Positions 51,330 to 63,039 of a stretch of DNA of 64,000 nucleotides are shown piece by piece (position 1 is the stretch's first letter; each line of letters starts with the position of its first letter). Below the pieces are notes generated by a model. The model had not been told where the DNA came from. It did not search any database and saw only the letters and a list, made by a program, of their open reading frames with translations. The stretch is taken from NCBI RefSeq assembly GCF_947568905.1, contig NC_079164.1, forward strand, positions 71,052,001 through 71,116,000. The letters are read 5' to 3'. Origin of the DNA: Ostrea edulis (lineage: Eukaryota). The position numbers and the translations under genes were made by a program.

Positions 51330-52990
51330 AAGAAAGGCCTACCAAGTATGAAACATGCCAGACAGCATTCGACCTAATGACAGGTTGTATTTGCAAATAA
51401 GATCATCATATTAACCATACAATTTACCACATGCTGACTTTAAACCAGGCTGTTGAAACCCCAGTGAGAGCAACTTATTGGTCAGTACGCTGCAAAGATT
51501 TAATGATTGACCATACGTAGAACATGCTCTTGAGTATCGAATTGAGAGACATAAACACCATGTGCAGGTCGTACTGGAATATTGTTGCATAAGTATGGGA
51601 TGTTGTCAGTGGAGAAGCTGAAGTTATCCCATTTATCAGAAAGTTGTTGTTTGTCGTTATCGTTTATATTTAGTAAGCATTCAAATATGAAGCAGATGTG
51701 GAAGACTGATATATTTTGAGTTCACTGTGATATATCGAATCGATATGAATGAAAGTGAATACTCTTAATAAATGAAATGTTGTCGAGATATGTGAATGTC
51801 ATGTTGAAGGCCACACCAAAAGATTTTTTCTTTGTATGTAGCATCGTCGTAAACCCACGGTCGGTCGCACTTTCATCTCCCGTGGGACACAACGCCAATA
51901 TTTTTTTTCTGGAAGGTGTGTCACGGCTTCTTTGTCTGATTGGTCGCTTAACCATTCCTTATTGCGATATTCAACCAATGAAAAATTTCTAGTGTTCGGC
52001 AGCACAGAAAAACAAAGATTTTGACTACGTTTAAGTTGGACAAGTTACAAAGCTTTCAGCGAAATGCTTTACAACTACTTTGTCAGTTTCTTTTGAAATT
52101 AATTTCATTCAGAATATAAACATACTTAACAACTTGTCGCTTTCCTCCTTCATCTGGTCCACTTTCGTCATCATTGACTTGTTGAGTTTGCATACCCGAT
52201 TTGATTTATTCGTACAAAGGCTGTACGCAAGTTATGCGTCTGTTGGGTGAAAGTTGAGGCACTCTAGAGCATAGCTGTACCGTTCAAGTGCACTTTTTAA
52301 CGACAGAGACCTGTAACCAAGATATTTGATCGTGGCACAACAAAACACACACACTTTCATGGGCACCGCCATTACTGCTGGCGCTAAGAGTTCCAGGAAC
52401 ACTTACGACGATTCCCATTGGTCCTCGATAGGTCACGTAAGGTCATACATTTTAATTTTAATTTGTTATGCAAAAATATCGCCGTTGTGTCCATGGGGGT
52501 AAAAGAGCGACCGATTGTGGGTTTCCGACGATGCGTATGTAGAAGCTTTCAAATAAATTATGTCTCATAAGGATACAAAATCAGGTCAGTTAATAGGGGA
52601 GCACAATTCATGCCAATGGGAATTCCAAACACTGCACAAATATTAGAAACTCCAGCATATTTTAATATAAACTTCAGAGTACTTATGCGTAGAATCCGAA
52701 GAGTACTTATGCGTAGAATCCGAATATGTTGAACAAAGTAAATTTTTGGATGAGTTATCAAAAGATATAATTATCTCCGACTTCCAAATGTATTGGAGAA
52801 GCATCAATCTGTGATGTCACGGCAGTTAATACATTGTATTTTCATGAGGAGTAAAGATAGGGGTTTGCTAGAACATTTACTGGATCCTGTAATGTATCTT
52901 TGTAAGAAGGTTTGTGAAACTTCGACATCCAGTATAGGTACGGTAACTCAAATTCATTTGTCCCATTGACTAAAATATTTGATTCAATAC
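51330..52990 (-). mobile_element. Old, fragmented Penelope-like copy or copies (51330-51835 and 52560-52990)
   Basis: Degenerate matches GIPIGMNCAPLLTDLILY, ELPYLYWMSKFHK and TFTYLDN. A 24-bp tandem duplication lies at 52679-52724. Confidence 0.7.
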
Positions 52991-53212
52991 ACCACAAAAA
53001 TATATCATTTTTATATACAAAAATGCTCAAAGAATAAAAAAAATAAAGGTTTACAAAAGTCTAGAGATTGCACCGGTTGGAATAAAAAAAAAATGTAAAA
53101 TTGAAATCGGATTCAACAATGCTTTAGGCATGAAATAAATGATACATCTTGATGCTTAAAATGTAATATATGCTACATAATATTATAGTACATTTTGATT
53201 TAAATGTTCAAA

Positions 53213-53457
53213 TCAATATTTATTCGGTGGAGGAGCTGACGCGTAGGAAATATTTTCTTGTGTTGGACGGGGAGGATATGCAACGTCATTTTGACCAACG
53301 ACAGAGTTGTATGGTGGCGCTGGTACGCCATAGGATAGTGGTGGAGCGTCTCCATTCTTCTGGGCCGGGGCACCCACTCCATACTGAAACGCAGTATTAT
53401 ACTGTCCACCATGCGCATATGGCTGTGGAGGATAGGTAACTCCTGAAGAAACATTTG
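53213..53457 (-). CDS. CYYR1/Shisa-like membrane protein, exon 4 (Pro/Tyr-rich cytoplasmic tail)
   Basis: Acceptor ttcaattttacag|CA, phase 1; SNVSSGVTYPPQPYAHGGQYNTAFQYGVGAPAQKNGDAPPLSYGVPAPPYNSVVGQNDVAYPPRPTQENISYASAPPPNKY*. The four exons sum to 519 nt = 172 aa + stop. Confidence 0.85.
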
Positions 53458-53619
53458 CTGTAAAATTGAACAGTAAGCGTTAACTAATTTTCCTTAACCT
53501 TTCAGTTCACGTATGATTGAAATTTATTTTGGTGGGTTTTTGTTTTTGTTTTGTTTATTATCTAATAACTGATTATGAAGTATGTTAAAATTGTTGAAAT
53601 TCTCTAACAAGTGAGTATA

Positions 53620-54100
53620 TCTGTTTACAGCTTTGTAGATCACGTGAGACACTCCAGTGACCTATTGCTATTGGAAATCGACCGTCGTCTTGGGTTAAAA
53701 AGTAAACATTTATAAATTCATTTTGATAACCACCCATAAAAATCTTTTCAAATATGGTATGAAGCATCTTTGGGACAAGAGAAACATAAATTGAAATTTA
53801 AGGGGGAATGGCTAATTCTAAAACATCTTCTCTACAACCGCACATCTGTAAGGAAAAAGTATATGCATGGCCATGTACGGCAGGAGGGCTTTTACCAAAA
53901 ATAATAAATTTCACAATCCCCGGGGTAGAGGTTCTGTCTCTTGTGCGGGATCAAACTTACCGTATATTGTTTATGTGTGAAAACATTTAAATTACACCTT
54001 CTTTAATGCGAAACTAATTAGATATTTAGTAGGTACAGGCAGCTCATTACCAAAATTGTATCCCAGGGATAGAGTTTTGATATCAAAATAGTAATATAGT
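53620..54100. mobile_element. Degraded HINE-like fragment in intron 3 of the CYYR1-like gene
   Basis: Residual motifs ggtatgaagcatct, aaacatcttctctacaacc and aaatttcacaatccccggggtagaggttct. Confidence 0.45.
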
Positions 54101-54252
54101 GTTTTAACATTATCTATATGTATTATGTAAAGTTATTGAACTTCGGGGGCATCTGAGTAAAACAAAATGGTTTTATACTGCTGTTGGATATTAAAATTAT
54201 TAAATACAATATATATTAAATGGGGAATGGTAAATAACCAATATGTACTTAC

Positions 54253-54407
54253 ATGTAACGATCGTGGGCGGGTTGTTTGGGTTACAGATGAAAACACCTG
54301 CATTATTTGCATTTCTTCTGGATCGTCGGACGCAACAACATATGATGATTATTGTTAATGTGATTCCAGACCCAATAGCGGACACTATACCACCAATCAC
54401 CCCGCCG
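54253..54407 (-). CDS. CYYR1/Shisa-like membrane protein, exon 3 (transmembrane helix + Cys cluster)
   Basis: Acceptor ctttgtgttacag|C and donor ACA T|gtaagt; 155 nt, phase 2-1; SGGVIGGIVSAIGSGITLTIIIICCCVRRSRRNANNAGVFICNPNNPPTIVT. Confidence 0.85.
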
Positions 54408-54559
54408 CTGTAACACAAAGAAGGAGAATATTACGTTTGATTTTACATATCTGCAACCACATATACATTTGCTCTCTATATATAGCGGTTAAGGCCGTAC
54501 CTGTGACAAAATTGATCAACAACATTTTTATTGAATTATTAATTTCATAAATTGCGTAC

Positions 54560-54617
54560 CTGCTGTAATACGTTGTGTAATAATACCGTCTATACGATCT
54601 GTAACCCGCATCACAAT
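54560..54617 (-). CDS. CYYR1/Shisa-like membrane protein, exon 2 (Tyr-rich ectodomain)
   Basis: Acceptor ttttgtttctacgacag|AT and donor AGC AG|gtacgc; 58 nt, phase 1-2; (D)CDAGYRSYRRYYYTTYYS. Confidence 0.7.
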
Positions 54618-54921
54618 CTGTCGTAGAAACAAAAGAAAGGAGTTATCGTCAGTGAAAAACTTGTTCTTTGGTAGCTTTCCGTTCCATTTCAAAATATTTC
54701 AATCAAATAGAGACGTCACCAGCTTTAAAACAAGGGCCACAAATTTTGACCTATGGATGGCTCTTAAAGGTCGTAACAGGGAGGATTCGTAACCGTGTTA
54801 ACGATTACTCACACCCAGAACTTCCGCTTTAGAAAGACATATCAGGAAGACTCTTTGACTTACAATTCTACTACCTTAGTATCGAACGCATGGCCTACCA
54901 TTGTGAAGCCTGCGCCCTTAA

Positions 54922-55459
54922 AGGGACATGGACACGATTTGAGCTGAAAATTTTCAAATCCCCCCCCCCCCATTTTTATTGTTTAGAATACTTAACTTAG
55001 TTAATTCTAATGATCAGCAAAAATTTGAATGTCAGTTGTTGAGGTACATGTACATGGAAGATACAGAGCTCACAATTCTTTGTTATGTTAACAAGGCTCA
55101 TGTCATGTTTTTTGTTTATATAGATTAAATATACTAGTAAAAGGTTCGTTTAAAGCATATTTTTTTTCAGTTTGCAAGTTCATTCTGAACACAAACAGTT
55201 TCTAGTGTTTGTCACATCTCATTTTGTTTTAAACATGCTATTTTCTATTAAGCTATCTATATATGTATGTAAACAAAAACATAGCATGAGCCTTGTTTAC
55301 CTAACAAAGAATTGCGAGTGCTGTATCTCGCTTGTAACTCAACAACTGACATTCAGATTTTGGTTGACCATTAGAAATACCTTAATCAAGCATTGTAAGC
55401 AATAAAAATGGAAAAGTAAATGTTGAAAATTTTCCAGCTCAAATCGTGCCCATGCCCCT
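54922..55459. mobile_element. Non-autonomous Kolobok-type foldback element in intron 1 of the CYYR1-like gene
   Basis: TIR AGGGACATGGACACGATTTGAGCTG / AGGGGCATGGGCACGATTTGAGCTG, long imperfect inverted arms (~200 bp), flanks TTAA / ATAA. Confidence 0.85.
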
Positions 55460-55865
55460 ATAACAACTAGGTGAAGTGCCACTAAATTTGCTCTATGTAT
55501 GGCGCAAAAGTTCATACCTGTGGCAACATTGAGCAACTACATTTTTCTTGAATTATAAATTGCAAGTATTTTATTTACTGTGGTAACACCGTGTCTCGAT
55601 ATCGGAAGGTGTTATTTCTATGGTTGATCAAAAGTTTGGTAGGACTCCAGTAATAAGTCTAAAAAATTCACAGAAATTGTCCTGTTGCCATAAAACATAG
55701 TTTTAAAAGCGTTCAGTCAGCAAACTTCATTCCACTGTTTACAGTTCTTATCAGGCTTTGAGTTAAAGTTTATTCACATATCAAAATCTGTCAATTTCTG
55801 AAAGCATTTAAAATGCATGTACATATATATGCAGTTACATATATAACACGGTAAATTATTTAAGA

Positions 55866-56000
55866 ATGAAAGGTGAAGATAACGAACTGTGATCAATCTC
55901 GTAACTCCTATAAGGAATACAAAATAAAGAGTTGGGCAAACACGGACCCTTGGACATACCAGAGGTGGGATCAAGTGTCCAGGCGTGAGGCGGAGTAAGC
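55866..56000 (-). mobile_element. Short 3' end of the Penelope-like element
   Basis: Matches 23349-23475 (aaggtgaagataacgaac...tgggcaaacacggaccc...gtgggatca). Confidence 0.85.
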
Positions 56001-56568
56001 ACACATTTTTAGAAAATTATTATTTTCGAAAGGAAGATAACTCTTCAAAAAATTCTTAATAGCAAAATCCTTTAACAGTCATGTGAATTTGATCTTCTTT
56101 ACTTTCATCATTATTTAACAATAAACATTTATTTTGATTTAAATCATTCAAAATTGATCATTATCCCTTTGTTATACATTGAATACCTTAAGCTAAGAAC
56201 TTGCAAATACTATTCTTTTGGACATTTTTAGGCAAGATGGAAAAGACTTCCATGCGTTTTCTAGATAATTTTTGTTGTTGAAAATTATCTTAAAAACAGA
56301 GAATATTTGTATGACCTGGACGACCAAAGGATCAGACATGTTATCATAGAGTGATATATAATTTTATACTTTTGTACTGAAGTTTTAGTGCTGGGGTATA
56401 ACAATACGTCAGTGAGAGCGGGGAGTATGCCCCAAAATAGATTTATATCGCTCTTTCGGCATGTCTGATCTCCTGTTACAGTTGGTTGCCCAATTACAAG
56501 CCACCCAAACGTTTGTGTGTTTTTAAATATTCACCGGTCCATACCAATTTTGTTAACTGAAACATTAG

Positions 56569-57040
56569 CAGGTTGGGAACACTTCGGAATCCCCTATAGC
56601 GAGATCTCGCTAAAAAGCGATTACCCCTCTTTAGCGAGAAAGTCAACATTACCATAAACAGGTGTTTTGGTGCCTTTATTGAAAATAATGGCAAATTCCG
56701 TGCAATGCTGAATAAGTGCGACACACACTCAGCATGAAGCGAGTTGTCTCTATAATTTTACAACACAGTCAAGAAATTTCATATCAATGTTGCTGCGTAA
56801 GAGGGAAGAAGTCTGACATCTAATGCACATCGTGAGTGTTTTTGTTTTGATCAATATATTTGCAGAAGTATCAGACATTTCTGCACTTTTTCGTTTTCTT
56901 TTTCACGTGAAACACGAAGAGATGTATATATACCCCACAGGTGTTTTTCTCGATTGTACGGGGTATATTTACTCTCGCTATAGTAAAATAATCGCTTTTT
57001 TGCGAGAATATCTCGCTATAGGGGGAGTGTTCCCAACCTG
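56569..57040. mobile_element. hAT-like MITE in intron 1 of the CYYR1-like gene
   Basis: TIR CAGGTTGGGAACACT, extended inverted arms with repeated TAGCGAGA motifs. TSD unclear (attag / tttag). Confidence 0.75.
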
Positions 57041-57563
57041 TTTAGAAACACGAAAACGAGAAGTAATGTTTAATTTACGCAATACATCATTTTACATATA
57101 GTGAATGGAAAACCGCAGTAGCACTAGATTTACAGCGATATATTAAATTAAATATTCAACAATGTAGGTACGATCTGGTAAACTATCCTATCTATTTCAC
57201 AATCTCAGGTAAACAGTATTGAGCAATCTATCTTATTACGAACATCCTTGTGTGATTACCTTCCCGAAACAATTTTCAACGTTCTTATAGAACAAATTTA
57301 ATACCAATAAATTTTCCAAATCGAATTGGAGCACCTGTGCTAGAGACAGTAATTTGATGAATTACATATTCGTTAGTCATACCTGAAATATCGTTCTTGC
57401 ATTCCAATTAAACTTAGTTATTTAGATCGAAATAAAAATAAAAATACGTGATTAAACAGTTAAATATAATGGTAAGCAATAATCAACATATTAAACAACG
57501 TAATGTGTTTTCTTAATTACAATATAAGTATTTAAACATTTTGTAAAGTCCATAATGGCATAC

Positions 57564-57624
57564 CTTCCACCAACAATAAACAAATCCAACATAAAAATAC
57601 AGCGAGACATTTTTGCAAAGCCAT
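57564..57624 (-). CDS. CYYR1/Shisa-like membrane protein, exon 1 (signal peptide)
   Basis: ATG GCT TTG...GAA G|gtatgc; MALQKCLAVFLCWICLLLVE; 61 nt, phase 1; hydrophobic signal-peptide pattern. Confidence 0.75.
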
Positions 57625-58184
57625 CTTCTGTGTCTCAATCGCAGGGTTGATTTCAAAAGCTTTGTGCGTGAAGTTTGCCAACAACGTGGACACATAACTC
57701 TTTCATGCGGAACTACAATACCTCGGGGTGTCCAATTCAAGAATTTTCTATTACTAATCAGATTGTGAAATGAGCGCCGAAAATCAATTGCTCGGTCGAA
57801 TAAAGATGACATTTAATTGTTCCTCTGCATAAAAACAGTTTATCTTACCGTAAAAATCTTACTTTCATATTGTAGAATATATACCACGTACGTACATTTG
57901 TAAACAGCTATCCCTTTTCTTTCCTCGTATTAATCAAAATACTTTCTTAATCACTAGCTATACATTTTGAAAATTTGTACATGCTGCCTTCGAAACGTAC
58001 ATTATTTTAGCGTGTATTCTCAGATACTTAATGAAAACAAATTAAAATGCACAATAACTTTCGATAATTTGAATACAATACAACCTTTGATAATTGCATA
58101 TTGATAGAACAGCTATTGGTACATGATTCATTGCATTACTCCATGTGATTTTGATTTTAAACACTCTACTCATTAAAATTTATT

Positions 58185-58443
58185 ACCGTGGGGATCCGGG
58201 TTAGGTTTTCAATACCCCTTGCTTGTCGCAAGAGGTGATTAAATGGGGCGGTCCTTCGGATGAGGCCGCAAAAACCGGGGGGCCGTGTCACTGCAGGTGT
58301 GGCACGATAAAGACCCCTCCCTGTTCCGAGGCCGCAATCGCCGGGCATAGGCATCTTCGCCGGCAATGGTGACGTATCCATACTTGTATCACGCATGAAT
58401 GAAAAACTCTCGAGCGGGACATTACACAGTATATACAACTAAC
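58185..58443 (+). mobile_element. SINE-like retroposon, same family
   Basis: Same core; TSD cattaaaatttatt / cattaatatttatt (13/14). Confidence 0.85.
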
Positions 58444-58555
58444 CATTAATATTTATTTCTGTCCTCACCTTATACAGAAGGTCCATTATAGCACAGATTC
58501 TTACAATATAAAAATAGCATATACATGTGTATGTAGTAAGAATACAAGATTCAGT

Positions 58556-58557
<2 letters not shown>

Positions 58558-58601
<44 letters not shown>
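58558..58601. repeat. (AG)n microsatellite
   Basis: Direct reading. Confidence 0.99.
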
Positions 58602-58605
<4 letters not shown>

Positions 58606-61600
58606 GTTTGCATGAGTTAATAAAAACTTATATTCTAAACCTCGAGAAATGGATTTACACATCAAAATATAACGATAAACAATACCAAATCGTTCCACGT
58701 ACTTATCAGAGGAATGAAAGTACGTGCATATATACTATGGAATCGATAATAGCATACCTTCCACTAACAGTAGAAAAATACAAAACATGGAAAAAGATAG
58801 AATTCTTTTCAAAGCCATATTCCGTGTTCGACTGATGAAATGCGTCAGCAATGTGAGGGTATTGTTACGGCACGTGCCTTATTTAAAAACATCAGGCAAA
58901 ATAGGTGCGACTTAAAGCGGAAGTAAAATTTCGGAGATGGAAAATATCAGTGGAATTTTTTTTTTTATTAAATGCCTTAGGTGCCCTATTTAAATATAGT
59001 GGCGGATCATAATGTTGTAAAGAAAACTGCGTCTGAACTGATGAGTCTTTAACTTATTTCTAAAAACAAATAAAATTATTTATTTGATTGGCTTTTTCTG
59101 TTTACACTGTATTGTTAGTAATGCAATCCACATGATCATGGTAAATGTAATGCGGACAAAAGTACAACTGTCAAGTATGTAATTGACAAGTTTACAAACA
59201 AAGATGTTAAAGTTTTAATCCGCAAAATTTCAAACACATTCCTATATACATGTATGTGTATCGACTGATTCCAGCAACATAAAACTCTGGCTAAAAGTGA
59301 CTAGATCTTGGTAACTTAAATCTGAACTCTCAATCAAAAGGTCAGATTCCCAATAATTTTCAAAGTTAGAATTAATATCTCCATATGCCCTCAATGACAC
59401 AACTTAGAATCCCCATCAAGGTTAGAACACGTACACTGTATGTATGAACAAAGAAATTGTTGTCAAAAAGTATATGGTTCAAAATAAGCAGACGATAGGA
59501 AAGTGACTATTTATCATTTGAACCGGCCATTTTTAAAAATCAATTTATCAAAATTTCTGTCAAAGAACAATAATCACTCAAAAATGAAATTTTGAAAGAT
59601 ATTTAATTAAACTCCAAATACTTCCTGACCTCTTTCGATCCCTACGGTCTAAATATGATAACGATAATGTACAGTGATGTATTGTCGAGGTTTGCAGGTA
59701 ATGATAAGGACGGATTGCAAGTGGGCGTGTATCTCAAAGTATAGAAGTAGATTATATCCAATATTACTGGAATTCTGGTAAATGACCCCGTTGATTCCAG
59801 CCATCTTGGTTGAGAGGTCATCACTGGATGCTGTACTCGGGTTCGACAGACTCTTTGCTTTTCCAATGCGCATTATGCTTTTTATTTGAACATTCTGATT
59901 CATATGAAAAATCTTCTGCATCAAGTTTCCAAGACCCTATCTATAGGAACTCTGACTATTGTATATAATGAACTGTGGCCAATTGTTGTCCAGCATTTTC
60001 CTTTTTAAAAATGACTTTGATAATGCGCCAGCGAATCGCGCAAAGGAGCAAATTACAAAAATGAAAATAATGCTCGTAAAATGATATGACCAACCTAATC
60101 ATCAGACAAATATTTACATTCCCATATCTTTACCAATTATCCTGATGAATGTAACCTATGTGCGTCTGAATCTTGATAAATATACCACGAATCTATTAAC
60201 GGGTGAGGATATGCCGAAAGAAATCAAAGTAAAATGTAACCATAATCAATAGATAAATATTTTTTTGAAATACAGGAGGGTATGAACAGCAATGTTTCAC
60301 GCCAGCATGCTTTTGTTCACCGTCTACGCACTCTTCTCCTTCAATACATATGAATATTAGATTCATAAATTTGATTTTTATAATCATTTTGTTTTTGAAC
60401 ATTTTACACTAAACCAAGATGTTCACACTGTCTTGCAATCGTGACGTCTATAAGGCGCCCAGTTTGTGCCCATTAGAAGTGCACGTCATGTAACTCTCTA
60501 ATATCATAGGGGTACTCAATAGTTTTATTTTGTCATCTGTATTTCCCTCGTCCATGTTCTTCATGTAACTCATTCTGCATTCATTTTGAGATCGGCACTC
60601 GGTTGTCTACATACATGTACTCCTTAAAGTCAAAACATATGTAGCCTCCCTTTCTTGTTACAGTTTCAGTTTATTCTCTCACACCACTTTATGGTACATG
60701 AGGTTCTATATACAATACACACAATAAAGACAATACACACGGTACGCGTGAAAAGAGCAGAGTATGGTTAGGTGAATGAAATGAATCATGGAGGACAGAT
60801 TTGGTGACATTAATTATAACCAGTCACAGAGTATAACAATTGAAAATACCGTAAAAGCATGTACTAGGAGATAGTAAGTACTTAGTACTTTTATTTTACT
60901 ACTCAATAATGTGATATTTATATTTCTCTTGTCTGTTAGCCTGAAATGCGTCTCATGATCAACAGATAACTCTTTCTTACATAAACTATTTAATTAAGAG
61001 GCGTGGTTTGTGTGCATGCCAACTATTCTATGAAACTACGATGGACAAACATTTTATTTTATGTGACTTGTATTATGGTTGATATGTACACCCTAACCTT
61101 TTACATGGCGTTATCCCTCCCCTTTTGAATTATACTGTTAGCACCTTCCCCTCGGAAGTGTCAGTTTGCGACCGTTGTCGGTGGGTTTTTTTTTTTTCGG
61201 GGGGGGGGGGGGGGGTCATGTATATGCCTTCTCTACGTGTATACATTGATTATCTCGGGAAACATCTGGCTACAATTGATGCTATAGAATTACTCCTATG
61301 AACTGTATTGTGAGATCTTCCTGGATCCAAGGACAGGCTCAGCTGATTTGCCTGGCGCACTCCATCAGATGATTCATTAACATTTTGAAAGGTTACATGT
61401 ATTAATTAAATGTGACCGGATTCCACCCGCGGTCACAGTGTTCAATGTATTATAGTGTAGTACTCAATTTGAAAGAACACTACAGCAGAAATTACAGGGA
61501 ATAAATATCATAAATATCACTCCGGGTTTTTTTTGGTTTTTTTTTTTTCTATCACGTTTATAAACAAATATTGTAAACGTATTTTTTTATTTGCAAGGTG

Positions 61601-61711
61601 CAAATCTTAAAGACTTGCCACCTTTACTCCACCACACAATGACACCATTTATACTGCTCGACCTCAACAGCTCCATACTACCCGCGCTATATACAATGTA
61701 CCACCGTAAAC

Positions 61712-61803
61712 CACAGGCAATTGCATCGCTTGGGGTCGAATTTACTATATAAAGAGTACACTTTATATAGTAAATTCGACCCCAAGCGATGCAATTGCCT
61801 GTG
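61712..61803. mobile_element. 92-bp palindromic mini-transposon with 8-bp TSD
   Basis: 43-bp perfect inverted arms starting CACAGGCAATTGC; CCGTAAAC duplicated at 61704-11 and 61804-11. Confidence 0.9.
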
Positions 61804-63039
61804 CCGTAAACATGAAATTATTCGGATTTCCCCTAAATGCATTGGACTGCGACGGGTTTAGACGGTAATTCCCCTCACAAAAGTGTAACATTTCGCAAGC
61901 ACTCCCCGATGTGAAGATTTAGAATTTATTGACATGTATCCAATAAGTGGTCTGCAAAGCGTGACGGGGTAGGACACAGGTTATATCTTCGTTTACAAAG
62001 ATTAAAAATAACCGCTACCGTAGAGACATTAAAATCCTCAACCCATTGGTGATTATTATGAAATAATTTCTATTTCATGTTTCATTTTACTTGGTTGAGC
62101 CGGGAAGAGTACATTATTAGATACTTTATTCAGAATCAAATATAAAAATGTTTGTTCGTGCACATATACATACATTATCTTCTCCTTCACAATGAACATG
62201 AGGCCCATGGGTCACATCGCTTACATGGGTCGTTCAGCCATTGTGATTTAAAAAAAAAAATTTTGCTATTTTATTCCATGAAAAATGCTGACCCCATATT
62301 GTGGTCCTAACCTAGTCCCATCGGGTCGTGATATAATGGGGTTTATCTAATATGGATAAATCTGGTATTATGTTAGAAATACATCGGGTTCGTCGTACGA
62401 AATTCCTAGTTCATTGCTACGCGCATTTCATATATTACTCCTATTCATTTCGTCATTCGAACAAAAAAGATGTATACCCACTCTCCCTCTTCCCCTTAAT
62501 TTTTTTTATTTCCCTTGGCATCTCTTTCATTTTTGTAATGGTGTTCTTCGATTGTCGTTTCCGGTTTGTTAATTTCTCGTTTCAGCATCATGGCGTGTAT
62601 CGATGCAGACTGAGGTTCATCGACTGTCCATTACAGACTTCCAAAAATTCCTGTCCTGAGTGTTGACTGTTAAGCATAATTTTGCATAGAATGCTGTCTC
62701 CGGGATGGGGGGGGGGGTATTTTTTTTTTCAGGCTCCCTTGGATTAAGATGGTATTTATATTACTCAATATCTATATTTATGTATCTTATGCTGCCTTAT
62801 TATCATCATCGGCGCACACATTGCATTATATTTGTACTTTCTCCAATGTATCATTAAATGGCCATGGCAAGGACGCCAAATCGTATTAAAGACTTGTGTT
62901 TGATTAGGTTATATTTTAGAAACAAACTTTAACCTTGTTAACGGGTTTTCTGGTGAAGTTTGTGTCTGTTGCCCATGTCAAGGCAGTCACGAAATAACCA
63001 TGATACAATACCACAAGACGAAGAAAAAAAATCATGGTA

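Noticed and set aside
54495-54515. AG|GT site (ttttgtcacag|gtacgg) in intron 2 of the CYYR1-like gene
   Set aside because: The intron is only 152 nt, so recursive splicing is implausible; likely chance or a decayed duplicate of the exon end.
59038-59075. Second hammerhead (CTGATGAG)
   Set aside because: No stem II or GAAA follows. Other CTGATGA hits (33778 reverse, 36460, 58825, 60145) also lack the architecture.
59642-59924. Two overlapping minus-strand ORFs upstream of the CYYR1-like gene, plus a plus-strand AG|GTAATG donor
   Set aside because: No recognisable domain and no partner exon with consistent phase; cannot be supported without RNA data.
62352-62666. 104-aa hydrophobic ORF
   Set aside because: Low-complexity T-rich composition, no motif, no splice support.
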